NCBI GenBank assembly: GCA_964016885.1 | Contig: OZ024742.1 | Span: forward strand, 219,480,001 to 219,544,000 | DNA length: 64,000 nucleotides | Direction: 5' to 3' | From: Eledone cirrhosa | Lineage: Eukaryota | In this document: piece by piece, positions 10,619 through 25,732 of the stretch | Layout: the number at the start of each line of letters is the position of its first letter | Numbering within the stretch: position 1 is the stretch's first letter | Notes under the pieces: generated by a model | What the model saw: the letters and a program-made list of their open reading frames with translations, nothing else | Database searches by the model: none | What the model was told of the DNA's origin: nothing | Program-made: the position numbers and the translations under genes

Positions 10619-13360
10619 TTGTAGGTAGGAGACTACTGACAATCATCTCGGCCTATGCTCCCCAAGCAGGCCTAGGCAAAGATGAGAAAGACTGCTTTTA
10701 TGAGCAACTTTTGCAAACAACCGCAATGACAGAGGACGGAGACATCGTTATGCTAGCAGGAGACTTCAATGGTCATGTTGGACAGCTCCAGGATGGTTAT
10801 ACTGGGGTACATGGTGGGCACGGTTATTGCTCAAGAAACGAAGAAGGACTGAGGCTTCTTGAATTTTGTGATGCAAGCACACTAACCATTTGCAACACTT
10901 CAAGAAACCTACCAACCACCTAATAACCTACAAATCAGGCAAGCACATAAGCCAGTTAGGCAGCGAGACAGACAGATGGTGTCAAATATTAAGGCATACC
11001 CCGGGGAAGAATGTACCCCACAGCATAGGTTATCATTGGTGACATCTCAATAAGCAAGAGACAAAATGAGACATACAGGAAGGTGTGGAAAAGGAAGGTC
11101 TGGAAGCTAAAAGACCTTTCACTAAAATATAAATTTAGGAAAGCCCTTCAAGATGTGTATGTCGAGAAAGAAGATGATTTAGAATCGTATGACATAGATG
11201 ATAACTGGAATTTCTTACGTGACAACTTACTGCAGGCTACTGAAGAAACTTGTGGCTGGAGCAGAGCTCCGACCAGACGGAGTGATCTGGTGGTGGAACA
11301 GCATGGTAGACAGGACCATTAGAGACAAAAGACTAGCTTGGAATTCTTGGGAAAATGGTGGGAGTAGAGACCGATACACAGCTGCTAAGAGACAAGCTAG
11401 ACGTCAGATGTACTTAGCACGCAGGGAGGCTGAGAGTAGGAGGTTTGCCAATGTCCTGCGGCGGGAAGATCAGAGACGTGCGGTGTTCCGCATTGCAAGG
11501 TAGTGTTTCAGTGTAAATCAGGATGTTGGAGATAAGCATATCTGAAATGATGCTGGTGTACTTAGTGTCATTAATGATCAGAAAAAGCAGGCCTGGAAAT
11601 GTCATTATGAGAGACTGATGAATGTGGAGAACGAATGGGAGAGAGAGAAACTACCCTCTGTAGACACGACAGATGAACCAGCTATTGAGCTTGACGAATA
11701 TAGAGTCCAAGAGGCAATTAAGGAAATGAAAAATGGTAAGGCCACTAGACCATCGGGGATAGTTGCTGAGATGCTGTAGGCATCAGGAGAAGTAGGTACT
11801 AAACTGGTTGTACGCATCGTCAATCAAGCTATATATGGCGGAATCATACCCAAAGACTGGTGCAGCAGTATTCTAATAAATTGCTACAAAGATAAATGGG
11901 ATGCTCTGGAGAGGAGCAATTATAGGGGCATAAAACTGATGGATCAGGTTATGAAAGTGGCAGAAAGAATATTAGCACCACTAATTAGAGAAAGGGTCAA
12001 ATTAGATGAGATTCAGTTTGGTTTTGTGCCTGGGAAAAGTACAACAGATACCCTCTTCTTAGTGAGACAACTACAAGAGGTTCTTAGAGAAGAATAAGCC
12101 ACTATACTTAGCTTTTGTTGACCTAGAGAAGGCCTTTGATAGGGTACCCTGATCTGTCATCTGGTGGTCCCTAAGGAAACTAGGTGTAGAGGAATGGCTT
12201 GTGAGGACAGTGCAAGCTATGTACAGAGGTGCTGTCAGTAAAGTGAGAGTAGGAATGGAGTTTAGTGAGGAATTCCAGATACAAGTAGGAGTACATCAGG
12301 GTTCGGTCCTCAGCCCACTCTTTTTCATTATAGTCCTCCAAGCCATAACATAGGAGTTTAAGACTGGCTGCCCATGGGAACTTCTCTATGCTGACGATCT
12401 GGTTCTTATAGCAGAATCAGTAGAGGAGCTAGAGAATAAATTCTGGCCATGGAAACAGCAGTTGGAATCAAGAGAACAGAGTGAACCGAGCTAAGACAAA
12501 AGTGTTAAGTTGAAAAGTGGACAAAATTCTGATTCCATCAGGGAAATGTAGAAAAGGAGCTGAGCTGGGATAAATTCAATAAAATGTGCACAATACAGAT
12601 CTTGGGTACACAAGATATGTAGTGGGATAGCAGGCTAACTAACAGGTAGGGAAAACTACGTATGCAGTAGATGTACAGGGGAATTTGACAGTAGAGGTTG
12701 CAGTGATAGACACATTTTTCAAATGTAGATAGGTTCTATAGAAGTGTTTGATAGCTTCCGGCACCTGGGTCATCAGATTAGCATGGGATGGGGGGGGGGG
12801 TTCTGAGGCCATAGTATCTAGAATAAGGACGGGTTGGAAGAAGTTTGGGGTGTTGCTTCCTCTGTTGACAAAGAAAGGTTTCTCCCTGTGTACGAAAGGC
12901 CGGTTATACGATGCCTGTGCGAGATGCTTGATGCTGCATGGTAGTGAGACATGGTAACAACTGCAGAGGATATGCAATGGCTGGAGAGAAATGAAGCAAG
13001 CATGTTCTGTTGGATGTGTAATGTCAATGTGCATGAGTGACTAAGCATGGATGATTTGAGAGAGAAACTGGATAAGGATAAGTTGTGTGCGGGAGAGAAG
13101 ACTGCGATGGTATGGGCATGTGATGCGCATAGAGGATGAATACTTAGTAAAGAAGTACCAAGAAATCCCTGTAGAAGGAAGATGCAGTAGAGGAAGACCA
13201 CGAAAAACATGGGTGGAGGTGGTGAGAGCAAACCTCAGATCGGTGAAGCTCACGGAGGAGATGACAAAGGACCGTGACAAGTGGAGAGATGCTGTGCTGA
13301 ATAGGACCCGTCCCACCCTTGCAAGCAGGGAAAAGGAGATGTAAAATGATGATGATGATA
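10619..13360 (+). mobile_element. RTE-clade LINE, decayed (APE endonuclease + RT)
   Basis: APE motifs IISAYAPQ and GDFNGHVG; RT remnants; C-terminal RRLRWYGHV/RGRPRKTW; (GAT)n tail; many stops. Confidence 0.92.
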
Positions 13361-13364
13361 ATAC

Positions 13365-13407
<43 letters not shown>

Positions 13408-14909
13408 CACACATATATATACATACAGTAATCATAGCACTGGCTATACACATATATATATACATACAGTAATCATAGCACTGGCTATAAATATATATAC
13501 ATTTATTTTAAATACATCCTCACCAATACAAATCCTTTACTGAGGATGACAAAATTATAAAGTGATAAAACAACTATTTGTGCAACAAAATGATAAAATT
13601 CTAATAGTTTCAGGGAGTCTCTTGATGGTTGCTCAAAATACTAGAGATAACAGCCAAATTTCCCTCATATCACACCCTACCATTTAAAAAATGGAACATC
13701 ATTTTTACATGCTGGGATGGGTTAGATGAGACTTTTTGAGGCAGTATTTTTACACCTGGATACTTACTCTGCCTAATGCCAACCCTTTTAGTCACCTCTT
13801 TTGACACAGCAATACAATATCATAGTTATTATAAAAACCAAAATGCCCACAGTTAGGGGATACACCAAATACAATTCAGTCATGATAGCCATGGCTCGAT
13901 TGTATGATCATATTTCTATATGGGTCTAAACACCCACTCTACCGAAATTGATATAACTAGCAACAAAACTCAGTTCTGGATATCATTTCAAGAAATGCCA
14001 ACTATATAAACTCAATTCTATTTATCTTTTTTACTAACTTAAAAATTCTAAAGATTTTAGTATATCCACTGTAAAACCAAAATCTTCAAATATTCTGTTG
14101 AATACATGATAAAAGATCTCATGGTGCCATACTACCATTTTTCATTCATCAATCAAGATTTTGTTTGAAATATTTGTTTAATATATTAAAATTTAGAACT
14201 AAATCAAAGGACTGCTGCAATGTTGGCACGCCCCAATGAATACCAACTGATCTCATCTAGAACTAAAGACATTATTAAATTAGATAACTACAAAAGTAAT
14301 TCTATTTATTTCAGTCATTGAACAGTAGTAATCCTGAAACAACTTTAAAAGAATTTAGTCAATAATGTCGACCTCAGTATATATTTTTTCAAGGCTGCTG
14401 CTTATTTTATGAGGCATAAACTAAGTGTAAGCAGACATACACACAATCGTTTTTACATTTACTTTCCTATGCTGGCATGGGTTGGATGGAACTTTTTGAA
14501 GTAATGTTTTATAGCCAGATGCCCTTCCCGATAAACCTTTTAGTCACATCTTAAAATATGTAGGGATATGATGTATCTATTCTAAAGCATTGGTCAACCT
14601 GAGGCTATATAAGACATTTACCCAAAGTGTTGTGCAGTCGGACTGAACCTTAAGGCAGGTGGTTGCAAAGCAAATTCAATAACATAGTTATGCCTGACAT
14701 TGTCAATAGAAATAATATATAAACAATACGACCAGTCATTTATCTAATTGTATGCAGAGTTGGGAGAACTGAAATATACTACTCAGCCAAATAGTAAATA
14801 TTGATCAGATTTAACTTAATTTTACTATCTAAACTATAATAAAGTGGGACTGCGTACAGTTTATAACTTTTTATCACATTAGTAAAATAAGTTGGATTAC
14901 TTTGAATAA

Positions 14910-15025
14910 ATAATTGTTTCTACTTTAGGCACAAGGCCAGCAAATTACCCAGTGCATTACTGGTACTTTATTTTATCGACCCCGTAAGGATGAAAGGCAA
15001 AGTCAACCTCGGCGGGATTTGAACT
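14910..15025 (-). mobile_element. SINE family 1 fragment
   Basis: Same consensus; B-box-like agttcaaatcc on minus strand. Confidence 0.75.
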
Positions 15026-15374
15026 TTGAATAAATAATGAATGAATATTACATAATTTATCTACTAAATTTCGTGGCTGTTCATTAAATATATTTTATTT
15101 ATTTAAAATTCACTTCTTTAAAATGTTAAAATGTCAACACTTCCAGTGGCGATCGCTTAAATAAACAATTTTCTGTCACTAATTTTCTCCTAGTGCAGTT
15201 TATATATAATGTCTTTTTTTTTAATGTATCATGGATTACGTTACTGATTACGTAAGACAGTGTAACACAGTCTCTCTTCAATTTCTGTGTATATTGTCAA
15301 TTACGATTTTATTTGATGTATCATATCTACATGTATATATACTTGTGTGTAATATCAATATACACACTACACAT

Positions 15375-15413
15375 GCTAGCAGAAAACCACCCTCCGAGTG
15401 GTTTTTCTGCTAG
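15375..15413 (+). mobile_element. Helitron-type 3' terminus (hairpin + CTAG)
   Basis: gctagcagaaaaccac...gtggtttttctgctagt; near-copy at 57511-57549. Confidence 0.55.
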
Positions 15414-15442
15414 TAACCCTAAAGATTATCAGTGACACACTG

Positions 15443-17371
15443 ATATGAAGATGGGGAAGGCAACCGGTCCATCGGGTATAGCTGCCGAGATGCTGAAGGC
15501 ATCTGGGTCTGTAGGTCACACTATAACCACACGTATTGTTAACCAGGTAATACTAGAAGGTGTCATACCAAAAGATTGGTGCAGTAGCATCATTGTCAAC
15601 TGCTACAAAGGTAAAGGCAATGCACTAGATAGGGGAAACTATAGAGGTATAAAGTTGATGGACCAGATCATGAAAGTAACATAAAGAGTTATAGCACAGC
15701 TAATTAGGGACCGGGTGAAAATAGACGAGATGCAATTTGGGTTTGTACCAGGAAGAGGCACCACTGATGCCCTCTTCCTTGTGAGGCAGTTACAGGAAAA
15801 GTACCTAGTTAAAAGTAAGCCACTCTACTTGGCATTTGTCGACCTTGAGAAAGCCTTTGACAGAGTTCCACGTGCTGTAATCTGGTGGGCTCTTAGAAAA
15901 CTAGGAGTAGATGAATGGCTTGTGAAAGCGGTACAAGCCATGTAGGGGAGCAGTCAGCAAAGTTACGATTAGCAATGAGTATAGCGAGGAATTTAGCGTA
16001 CAGGTTGGGGTCCACCAGGGCTCTGTTCTTAGCCCCCTCCTGTTCATCATAGTCCTGCAGGCAATAACAGAGGAGTTTAAGACCGGATGCCCATGGGAAC
16101 TCCTGTATGCTGATGACCTCGCACTCATAGCTGAATCTATGGTAGAACTAGAGAATAAATTCCAAACTTGGAAGCAGGAACTAGAAAGAAGGTCTCAAAG
16201 TCAACATGACAAAGACTAAGGTCCTTGTAAGTAGACGAGAAAACAGAACCCAGATCCCCTCAGGGAAATGGCCTTGCTCAGTATGTAGGAAAGGTGTAGG
16301 TAGGAACTCCATTCTCTGCCCCAAATGCAAACAATGGGTACACAAGAGATGTAGTGGGATCACAGGAAGCTTAATTAAGAATGTAGGCTTCACATGCAGC
16401 AGCTGTGCTGGGACAGCAAGCAGCAAAGAGCCACAGGAAACAAGTACCACCAATCTCTGGGAGGGCTCTGTAGAAACAGTAGACAGCTTCTGCTACCTAG
16501 GTGACCGAATTAGCAGCGGAGGTGGGTGTTCAGAAAGTACAATAACTAGGGTAAGAACGGGATGGAAGAAGTTTAGGGAACTACTACCACTGCTAGCTGC
16601 AAAAGGCTTCTCCCTCAGAATGAAAGGCAGACTGTATGATGCGTGTATCCGAACAGCAATGTTGCATGGTAGCGAGACCTGGGTGCTGAAGGTGGAAGAC
16701 TTACGTAGATTAGAGAGAAATGAAGCCTGCATGCTCCGATGGATGTGTAACAGTAATATACGTGAACAACAAAGCATAAATGAATTGAGAGAGAGACTGA
16801 GCATAAGAGGAATCAAATGCTGTGTGCAGGAGAGGCGGTTGCGCTGGTATGGACATATGATGCGTATGAAGGATGACAGCTGCATAAAAAGGTGCAGAGC
16901 ACTAGAAGTTGATGGAAACCGCGGAGTGGGGAGACCCAAGATGACCTGGGATGAGGTGATAAAAGCCGACCTTACCCAATTACACCTCTCAAAGGCAATG
17001 ACACACGACAGTGACCTCTGGCGTCACGCAGTAATACAGAGTACCCGACCTCCCATGGGTACAAGCTGAAGCATATAGACAATATGCCCCCACACCCCCC
17101 ACCGCAAAGGTGGTCATGGAGGTGCCACAGCAAAAAAGCACCTAGCCCACACTGTAAAGTGGACAGTGTAGGCGCCATGAAAAAACACCCAGCACTCACT
17201 GAAAATGAGGTTGGTGTTAGGAAGGGCATCCAGCTGTAGAAATCAAGCCAAATCAGTTCCTGTATGAGCAAGGCATGGTCAGCCGACCAGACACTGCCCA
17301 CAACAGGACAACCTGTCTAACCCATGCTAGCGTGGAAGAACGGACGTAAAACGATGATGATGATGATGATG
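15443..17371 (+). mobile_element. RTE-clade LINE, 5'-truncated
   Basis: ORF pieces 15445-15684, 15715-15945, 16206-17069 homologous to the 4.7-6.9 kb copy; (GAT)n tail. Confidence 0.95.
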
Positions 17372-20300
17372 ACACTAACTAAAGTATTACAACTCATGGT
17401 TCAGAAAGTTCTTTCAGATTATATTAGATTATATCAACAATAATTTTATACCATGAATATCCTAGATTTTAGAATGGATACACTATGTCCCAGCATATTC
17501 TATGAGAAGACTAAGAGTGAGCATTAGGAAGGGCATCTAGCCATAAAACACTGTCCCAAAATGTCCAATACAATCCATGCCTGCATAGAAAAAAGTCTAA
17601 AGTCTGTCTCAAGCCTAGAGGTTCATCAAGCCAGTGCTTATCCTGGTTTGCATGGCATTAAGCAACAGAGTACAGGGCTCCCTCCAAGGCAGGATTCCAG
17701 TCAATTGCAGGGTTAAACCTCCAGCTATTGCTGGTACTCATTTTCAGCTTGAATATACTGGAGCAACATGAAATGAAGTGTTTTGCACAAGAACAACACA
17801 CAGTCCAGTTCAGGAATCAACACACCACTAGGTCAGACATAAAAAAAACAATGCTTTTGATGAAAGGTAAAATTAACTGAAGTCAGTTTTTGAACTCAGA
17901 ACATAAAGAGATATAACCAAATACCATATGTCAGAGTCTACTCATTCTGCCATCCATCTCTCTGAATCTATTCTGATATTTTTATTCTGCATGACTGATA
18001 ATTAATTTGACTTAAATATATCCAGAACATATAGGTTGCAATTTTCTGATAACTGGCGCATGTGAAAGATTTAGTAATATGAATAGAGTCAGTTTAGGTC
18101 AAAATCTAATGCACATTCCTTTTAATTTGCATTCAACAATCACTAGAGAATTAATCAGTTAAATAAAGCATGGCATGAAGAGGATTTAGATAGGAATTAG
18201 TAAAATAGCCAAATTTATTACTGAAATCAATGAATTCAACATACTATGAAGAATTTCAACTATATGTTCTACTTTTTTCTCTTTAGTCCTACCACTTAAC
18301 CTTTTAACATTTACATTACTCTATATCTACTATTGTATTTTCTCACATAATATCGAATCTGAGATTTTGATTTTATTTATTTTGAGAATACCTTAATGTC
18401 AGTATGAGTGGCCAGTTATGATTGGTTTGAACAGAAATAGGTGAGAAAATTCTGGCCGGATATGGCTGGTTTAAATGCTAAAGGGGTTAAAGGCAAATTC
18501 AATTTCTCAATTAAAAAAAATATAAAAAAGACGACTTGCCTTAAAATCAAATGTTTCTGTATTTTATAGAATATTGGTTGACAAAGAGCTAGCTAGAAAA
18601 ACAAGAATTGGGAATTCCAGGCTGGGAATAGTTTCTAGCAAGTCCCATAACTGATAGGGTTATAGACGCATCACTGAAGATTTAGTCTCCATGCATTATA
18701 TCTTAGCTAAGTCAGCTTATACCTAATATTTACCCAAAGTATACAGAACTAGGGCTTATCAAAACCTTTATCAATTAAATAGTAATACCATTGTTTACAA
18801 TGAGACACACTTCCACATGGTAGCTACTTGAAGCTGCAGACATCAAGAACAAGAGAGATAGTGTCATACTTTAAGAAGATATGAAAGAAATATACTTCAG
18901 CCAGTAAGTCAACATTTTATAGACTCAGTCAACTGGAATACTGACGTTATAGTGGACTTCATTTTAATAAAACAATTGATATTGTTTGAAAAGTATACAA
19001 CAGCAAGATATGCTATCTTGTCATTAAAAACATTGCCACAAATATATGATATCCATCATCAGCCATACCAACTCACGGGGCTCCATCTCAATTTGGGAGA
19101 GGCAAGTGGATAGGAGAGTGGAGACGATATCAGAAGTTTCAACAGCAACCAAAGTGATATAGAATCTGTCCATTAATTACTGATATTTATTCATCTTCCG
19201 TTCCTTTGCAATCGTGGGTGGCAGAGGTGACAAGGCTGCCATTAAAGAATATGTTACATGTAATGCCCTAGATAGGTGACTTAGCTTCATTGAACAGGAA
19301 AAAGTGTATCTAATCTAGGCACTTAACATTGCTATGGTTGAAACTGACAGGCTCCAATTTTGATTAAAACCTGGCAGTGTGAGGCTTCTTTTAATCAATG
19401 CAGCATGACGAAGGAAACATACCACACCGGTGACAAGGGATGTGTAGTCAAAACCCAATGACTAGCTCTACAGTAATATTTATGTGCCAAATTAATTCAA
19501 TGTTTAACAGTTTTACATGCCTTGATCACTAAATTATCATTAAGACTACATTAAAGCCAACAAAACAACCACAAAAACAAAAGTTACATTATTCAAAGCT
19601 ACAGTGGAATCAATGTTACTGTATTCCTGTGAATAATGGTCGGTGACAATAACTATCACCAAAACTATAGATGGTTTCCACACACGTATGCTAAGATGAA
19701 AAAACATGAAACTTCTTAATCGCGTGTTTTACAAAATGTTCTACAGCAAACACCTGTTCATTAGCCATACCATCTGTGTCAAGTATCTTCAACCTACAGG
19801 TCATATCATGAACCTGCTACAAAACTTTTATGAAAAATGCATATGCAGAAGACCTCTCAAGACATCCAAGAGAGTCATTGAGGAAGATACAGAATTATCC
19901 AGTGAAGGACAGAAGCAGTTAATGTTGGATCACTTGAGACAAAGGTTTTAACAGGTCACCACAAAGTGAATGAATTTAGTAGTAGTAAAGCCAACAACTG
20001 GACTATAAATTTTAAAAGCCATCCAGCAGATAATTTAGTAAATCAATTAAAATCTTTATCACATGATAGAGGTTGAGAGGTCATCAGTTAATGTCATCAA
20101 GTATGTAGCCAAATATTTAACTACTAAATAGCTCAGACCATATCACTGAGAATAGATAAAAAGTAAAAAAACAATTTGCCACTGTTTACAGTGATGACAC
20201 TCTAAAGTTGATTTGTATCATAGTAGCACGATACAATACATCAAATTTGGAGAATAAGTAGTGTCAATTAGATCGACCAATTACTTGACTGGGACTTGTT

Positions 20301-22152
20301 TTATCAACAGCAAATGGATGAAAAAAAGTTGATCTCAAATTGAACTCAGAACATATAAGTATGTCAAATACCATAATATAATTGTCAAGTGTTTTATTAG
20401 CTTGCAATGTGGAGTTCAAATCTACTTGTATGTATCTTTGAGAAAGGCAATTTCCCCAAACTGACTAGTCCTAGATACACAGCATAGACATTCTCCAATG
20501 GTTTTCAAATGGTAAAGGGTTAATAAACTTAATCCAGCACATGGTTTAAAACAAACCACCAGATAGGAGGCATTTAGCAGAAGCCAGTCTGTTACAAACG
20601 TTCTGGCCTGATCTCTGATAAGAGGACGCATTCCTTCTCTCCAATGAAAAATGTCATGATCACTGTCCTTCCTCCTGACTAGCGATAACAAAACGAGTCA
20701 TTGAATCAACAAACAAAAACAAACAAGTTAGTAAGTAAACAGGAAATTGTGTCACTTTCATGTTGGATCAACTTGTACATTCGGACTTAAAGGCAATTCA
20801 CAAACAGACCGACTGTTTGAACTAGGTAATTTAAAACTAACCGTGATAATTAAAATGAAATAAACTTGGTAATACACAGTTATAACACATAAAACATAAT
20901 TGTTCGGGTTGAGTTCGGCGGGAAAATAATGTAATGTATGCTAGTATGCGTGTCAGAACTGGCCAGTGTTATTCAACAATAGTAGAAACAAAACTTTAAC
21001 ACGATATATGTTAGTGTGTATGTGTGAGTGCGTGCGTATGTATGTAAAAACTTCCTTTTAAAGAATGTTGTTGTAAATTGAATTTAAAATATCAACAAGT
21101 GGTTAAGTGCAATAGCGGGCGGATTGAGGAGATAGGCGTTGACTGGGATACCCTATCTGATGTGTTCTTCCCTTTTAAAGACGGTGGGGGGTACGATTTG
21201 GGGGGAATTTGACTGCTTTTTCTTGTAGGCTCTCAGAGTAGTAGCGGACAAGCATGACAAATGACTTTAGCTCTAGAGATTTTCTGAAGATTTAGCAAAA
21301 GAAATTGATCACTTTATTTTGTCACTGAAATAAGATCTTGTGTGATGTGATCACATCAATGGGCGACAGTGTTTTGTCGAATTGAGTAGCAGTTGACACC
21401 TTTCAAATAAATTGCCGCGTGAATTGGGCGTGAACGAACAAATGAATGAGGCATGTGCTTTGAACTAAAGCATACAAAGTAGGCAGGTGACTGACTGCAG
21501 TCAACTGTTAGAATTAGTACCCGAAAAACATTCAGACAAAACATTAATTAATTGCACGTGTTACAAAATTTATGTAGACTGTTGAGGGATATCTATACAT
21601 AGAAACACTTTAATAGTGGAATCTTTAATTAGAAAATATATCTCCATGTAAAAAATTAAATAAAAAGGGATAATTTACGCGGCCGATTTACCTGCTTGAA
21701 ATAGCAGTCAAATTTCTTTCAATTACACCTTACTATCTTTTTTTTAGATAAAAAAAAAAATGACATTGAAAAATGTTAGATATACAAAAGGAGATGTTTG
21801 GCCATAGCTTTACTGATACTTATTCGTCTTTTCCCAACCTTTAAATAACTATTGTTAGAAAAGAAAATAAACGCCTTAATACCGAAGCAAGATGAAATAT
21901 TGAAAAATAGTGGCCGCCTGCATTTGGTAAAAAAACAAAACAACTGCATTATTTACACTATTGTTATATAAAGTTAGTTTAAATCTATGAATAAACTACA
22001 CCATGTATTGAGTACTGTATTCCTGTTTCAACAAAGAAACATTTGGGTTATATACATATTATATATATTGTTATACTTTGGGAGGGTCATGCTGCCAATA
22101 AAAACACACGCACCTGTTGGTTTCACTTTCCGTTTGGTTATTTCGATAACCG

Positions 22153-22192
<40 letters not shown>

Positions 22193-25100
22193 AGAGAGAA
22201 TGTGCGTGACATTTAATCAGTAAAAAAACATTTCTGAATTCCTGTACATTGCTTATGGTTATATAAATCTCTACTTCAATTTGAAGTAGAGATTTTCAAA
22301 TAATCAAAAGGTAAAAACGAAATCGATAACCAATATATTTCTAATAAGGTAAAAAAATATTAAGAATATTAACTAAACGACGTTTGGCATTATATTATTA
22401 GTAATATAGATATATCTGGTAAATGATAGCTATTAAAAGCTGGTGATGATTGTTGAAAACTGAAAATACAGCTACAAGCTACTGAAAAATAAGAGAATAC
22501 AGCTATACGGTATTAAAAAATATATGCATATTTATTAAGTCACCTCACTGATTTGAGGATATTCTCGTACCGCATTTCAAGCAATTGTTCTAAGACGGTT
22601 AGGTTTTGTACAGATAAAACTGTGCGTGCGTATATATGTATTTGCTGCATGAATAAATAATACACTGCGAGTTATATATATATATATATATATTATAATA
22701 TATATATATATATATGTACACACACACATTCTAATTACGTAACAATTAAGACATAGCTGTATTTAAGTAGGGAGTAACAGCTGTTGTAATATCGAGAATA
22801 CCTTCAATCACCAAAAGAGTGTTCAATTTGTATTGGATTTTATTTATTTCTGGAAAACAACAAACAAAACGACATGCACGCATGCATATACAAAAAACAT
22901 GTATGCACATGCAAAAACAAAAATAAAACAGACAAGCGCACGCAGAAAGGGGTGGGGACATGTACGCGCGCACACACCTTCACAAGGTTAATACATTTAA
23001 ACTTCGATATGTCGAGCAAAAGGATTCCATGCAAACAGCAAAGAACTAATGCGTAGACAGCGTAGTTCCCACATACACATTTTCTCAGATATCAGCTAAA
23101 TATAGAACGGTGTGTGCAGATCGATAACAAGAGCGATTTGTAGGGATGAGATCGAAGAAATATATGTGGTAGGGGCGCGCATTGTATGGCGGTTAAAAAA
23201 TTGCTTGTCAGTTAGCTGGAAGGTAAAAATACAAAGCAAAATAGCGGTTTTAATCACTCGTTCACCCGATAAATGAATGAATGAATGAATGAATGAATGA
23301 ATTTTTATATCCTATGTATGTATATACAAATGAATGCTTGCTATGACAACTATATTGTCATCAACGATACTGCCTTGTATTGTACAATGTGGTAATGCTG
23401 GACATACTATAACGATAATATAATTACAAGTGAAAGAGTTAGGCAAATAAAAAAAAAAGATAATCAGCGTCCATTTATTTATTTATTTATATGAAACGAT
23501 ACTGATAAATATCTAACTAATCGGCTGAGAGACAGAGTATTTGGTGGAAGTGTTTCCTATATCTATTTGTTGCTTCTATTTGTCCCCCCCCCATCCCCTG
23601 TCGGACCTGCATAACGAAACATTCGTTAGTATTGTTGTTGTTTAGCCCCAGGTCAGCCTGATCGAGCAGACATCTGATGAAAGGTGTTTCAGCAATGAAC
23701 ATCATTTCTGACAGTGTATCTTAGACTATATTATCTAATATGACCTTTTCAAAAAGATATTATATGACCTTTTAAAAAAGACTGCAGGGTATTATTTAAG
23801 GAAGATTTCGCTGGTCAAGCGACCACTACGTGAAGCCTTTTTCGTTTTAACAGGGTTTCCAGTCATGGCATGACTATGCTACCCGAAGGCTTCATTTCAT
23901 ACGTGTTCCTCGATCTTGAATAATTGTGTTGCTGTAAAGGAGAAGGCCTTCCAAGCTAGCTCGTGGTGCTTCTCCAGAACACATATTCCATCATAAATTA
24001 AATAAGACAATATAAACCGAACTCATTTCAAATTAGGGTTAAGGTTTGTTGTTGGGGTCCGTTCAGTTTTCTGTAATTAATTGACAGTCATATCAACAGA
24101 ACACATTAATTAACCATAATTTGAAATAATTTACTTCGATTTATATTATTGACATTAATTAATCACGGAGAAGCACCAAAATAACTTAAGTAACCTCAGG
24201 TCAGCCCTGATGCAGCAGAACTATCATCAAAGGCGTCCAATCCATGACCCTCCCGCCCATTTATCTTACATAGTACATCCCGGTCAAGATTATCTGATGT
24301 ATTTTTTAAGACAGTGTGATTAAGCGGCATATTGCTATTACTAGCAGGTCGAGCGTGTATTAGCTGGAAATATGACAACACAGCAGTTCTCATTTAGCCC
24401 ATGGCTTGCCTTGATTGAGTAGATATATGACTCGAGGCGTTCCAATATGACTATTCCATCTTTTTCTCAATCATTTGCATCTTGACTGCCTTATAAGAAT
24501 ATATATTGTTGTGTGTGCCTTCTGGCTCCCACTAAGCTTGACTCCTTAATTGCAAGGTTTTTGTGGGAGGGGACCCATTCAATCGTATTCATCGGGTACG
24601 CAGTTATAGTTATGTACTGCATTTAGTAATAGTTCGGTTGTAAAGTTGCATGCTGTCTTTATTAAGCTTTTGGTGGTATTTTACTGTTTAATATGTTTTT
24701 TAAGCATTTTTTAACTATGAATGTCCAATGTGTGCGCGTGTGGCAGCAGGGTACATTTAAGGGAAGTTGGCTGCTCTATCTAGCAGGTCAAACCTCTGCA
24801 GATAGCGCCCTCACAAGTAATAAATGTGAACAAGGAAAATAAATAAGTGGTCTTGAAACAAGACAATAACAGCCTGTTTAAATAAAAGGACTTGGTGTTA
24901 CAGAATAAATCATATAGTACACACACTACGTGTGTGTGTGGGGGGGGGGGTGTAAATATACAAAATTAAGAGACATTGCCAGTAAAACTATGGTTATACA
25001 AGTTCAATGTGTTTATGTCATATATAGAGAAGTGTCATTTATGAGTAGAAGAAAGGTGGCATATTTAACAGAGCATATAGAACAAACTGGGATGACAATA

Positions 25101-25691
25101 CATATACATATACACGCACAAATGTGCACAGTACATACACACACAAATGTGCACACGTTTTTTTTTTTTTACGCGTCCGTAATTGCAGTTATTATTATCT
25201 ATGTTGTTGTCGAAAACTTGGTCTTTGGATTTGCTCGTGATATATCCCTGATAATACTAGTTTCTAATTTAGACAGAAAGGCATCAATTTCAGGGGATAC
25301 GGATTCGTCGATTATCTCGACCCCAGTATTAATAAACCTCCGTACAAAAACAGTTGCACCTTTTAATGCGGTCAAAATAAAACACGAATTTTAATAATTA
25401 ACACTTTGACAAAAACCTTCAATATACACACACAACACACACACCCAGAGACACAAACAAACTAAATGTATCAATATCTATTAGAACCCCCAAGTAGAAC
25501 TTAACAATTACCAGTTGGCAAACATGCTGCAACAATTTCTTTTGTTAATTATATATATATATATATATACTCGTGTTTTCTTCGTGCATCCATTGACACG
25601 TTTGTATATGCCTATATACTGACACAATAATACATTTCTAATATGTATGCGAGCATGAATAAATATATGTATATAAATATTAAATATTTAC

Positions 25692-25732
25692 CTCAGTGCC
25701 ACTTTCACGGCATCTCCTTGTGTTGTATCCAT
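25692..25732 (-). CDS. KIF21: First coding exon of a kinesin motor gene, KIF21-like (kinesin-4)
   Basis: ATG GAT ACA ACA CAA GGA GAT GCC GTG AAA GTG GCA CTG AG|gtaaat = MDTTQGDAVKVAL-R, phase-2 donor. Matches the kinesin N-terminal strand VKVAxR(IRP); as I recall, KIF21B begins MAGQGDCCVKVAVR with an intron at the same R. No exon 2 seen in the window. Confidence 0.65.

Noticed and set aside
19650-19951. 81-aa ORF and a TIDGFHTR string faintly like a DDE transposase motif
   Set aside because: Too degenerate to assign
21285-21312. ctgaaga...gaaa
   Set aside because: No helix I or III complementarity
23674-23700. ctgatga inside a SINE-like repeat
   Set aside because: No GAAA/UH arrangement; related copies at ~24200 and ~27290 lack the core
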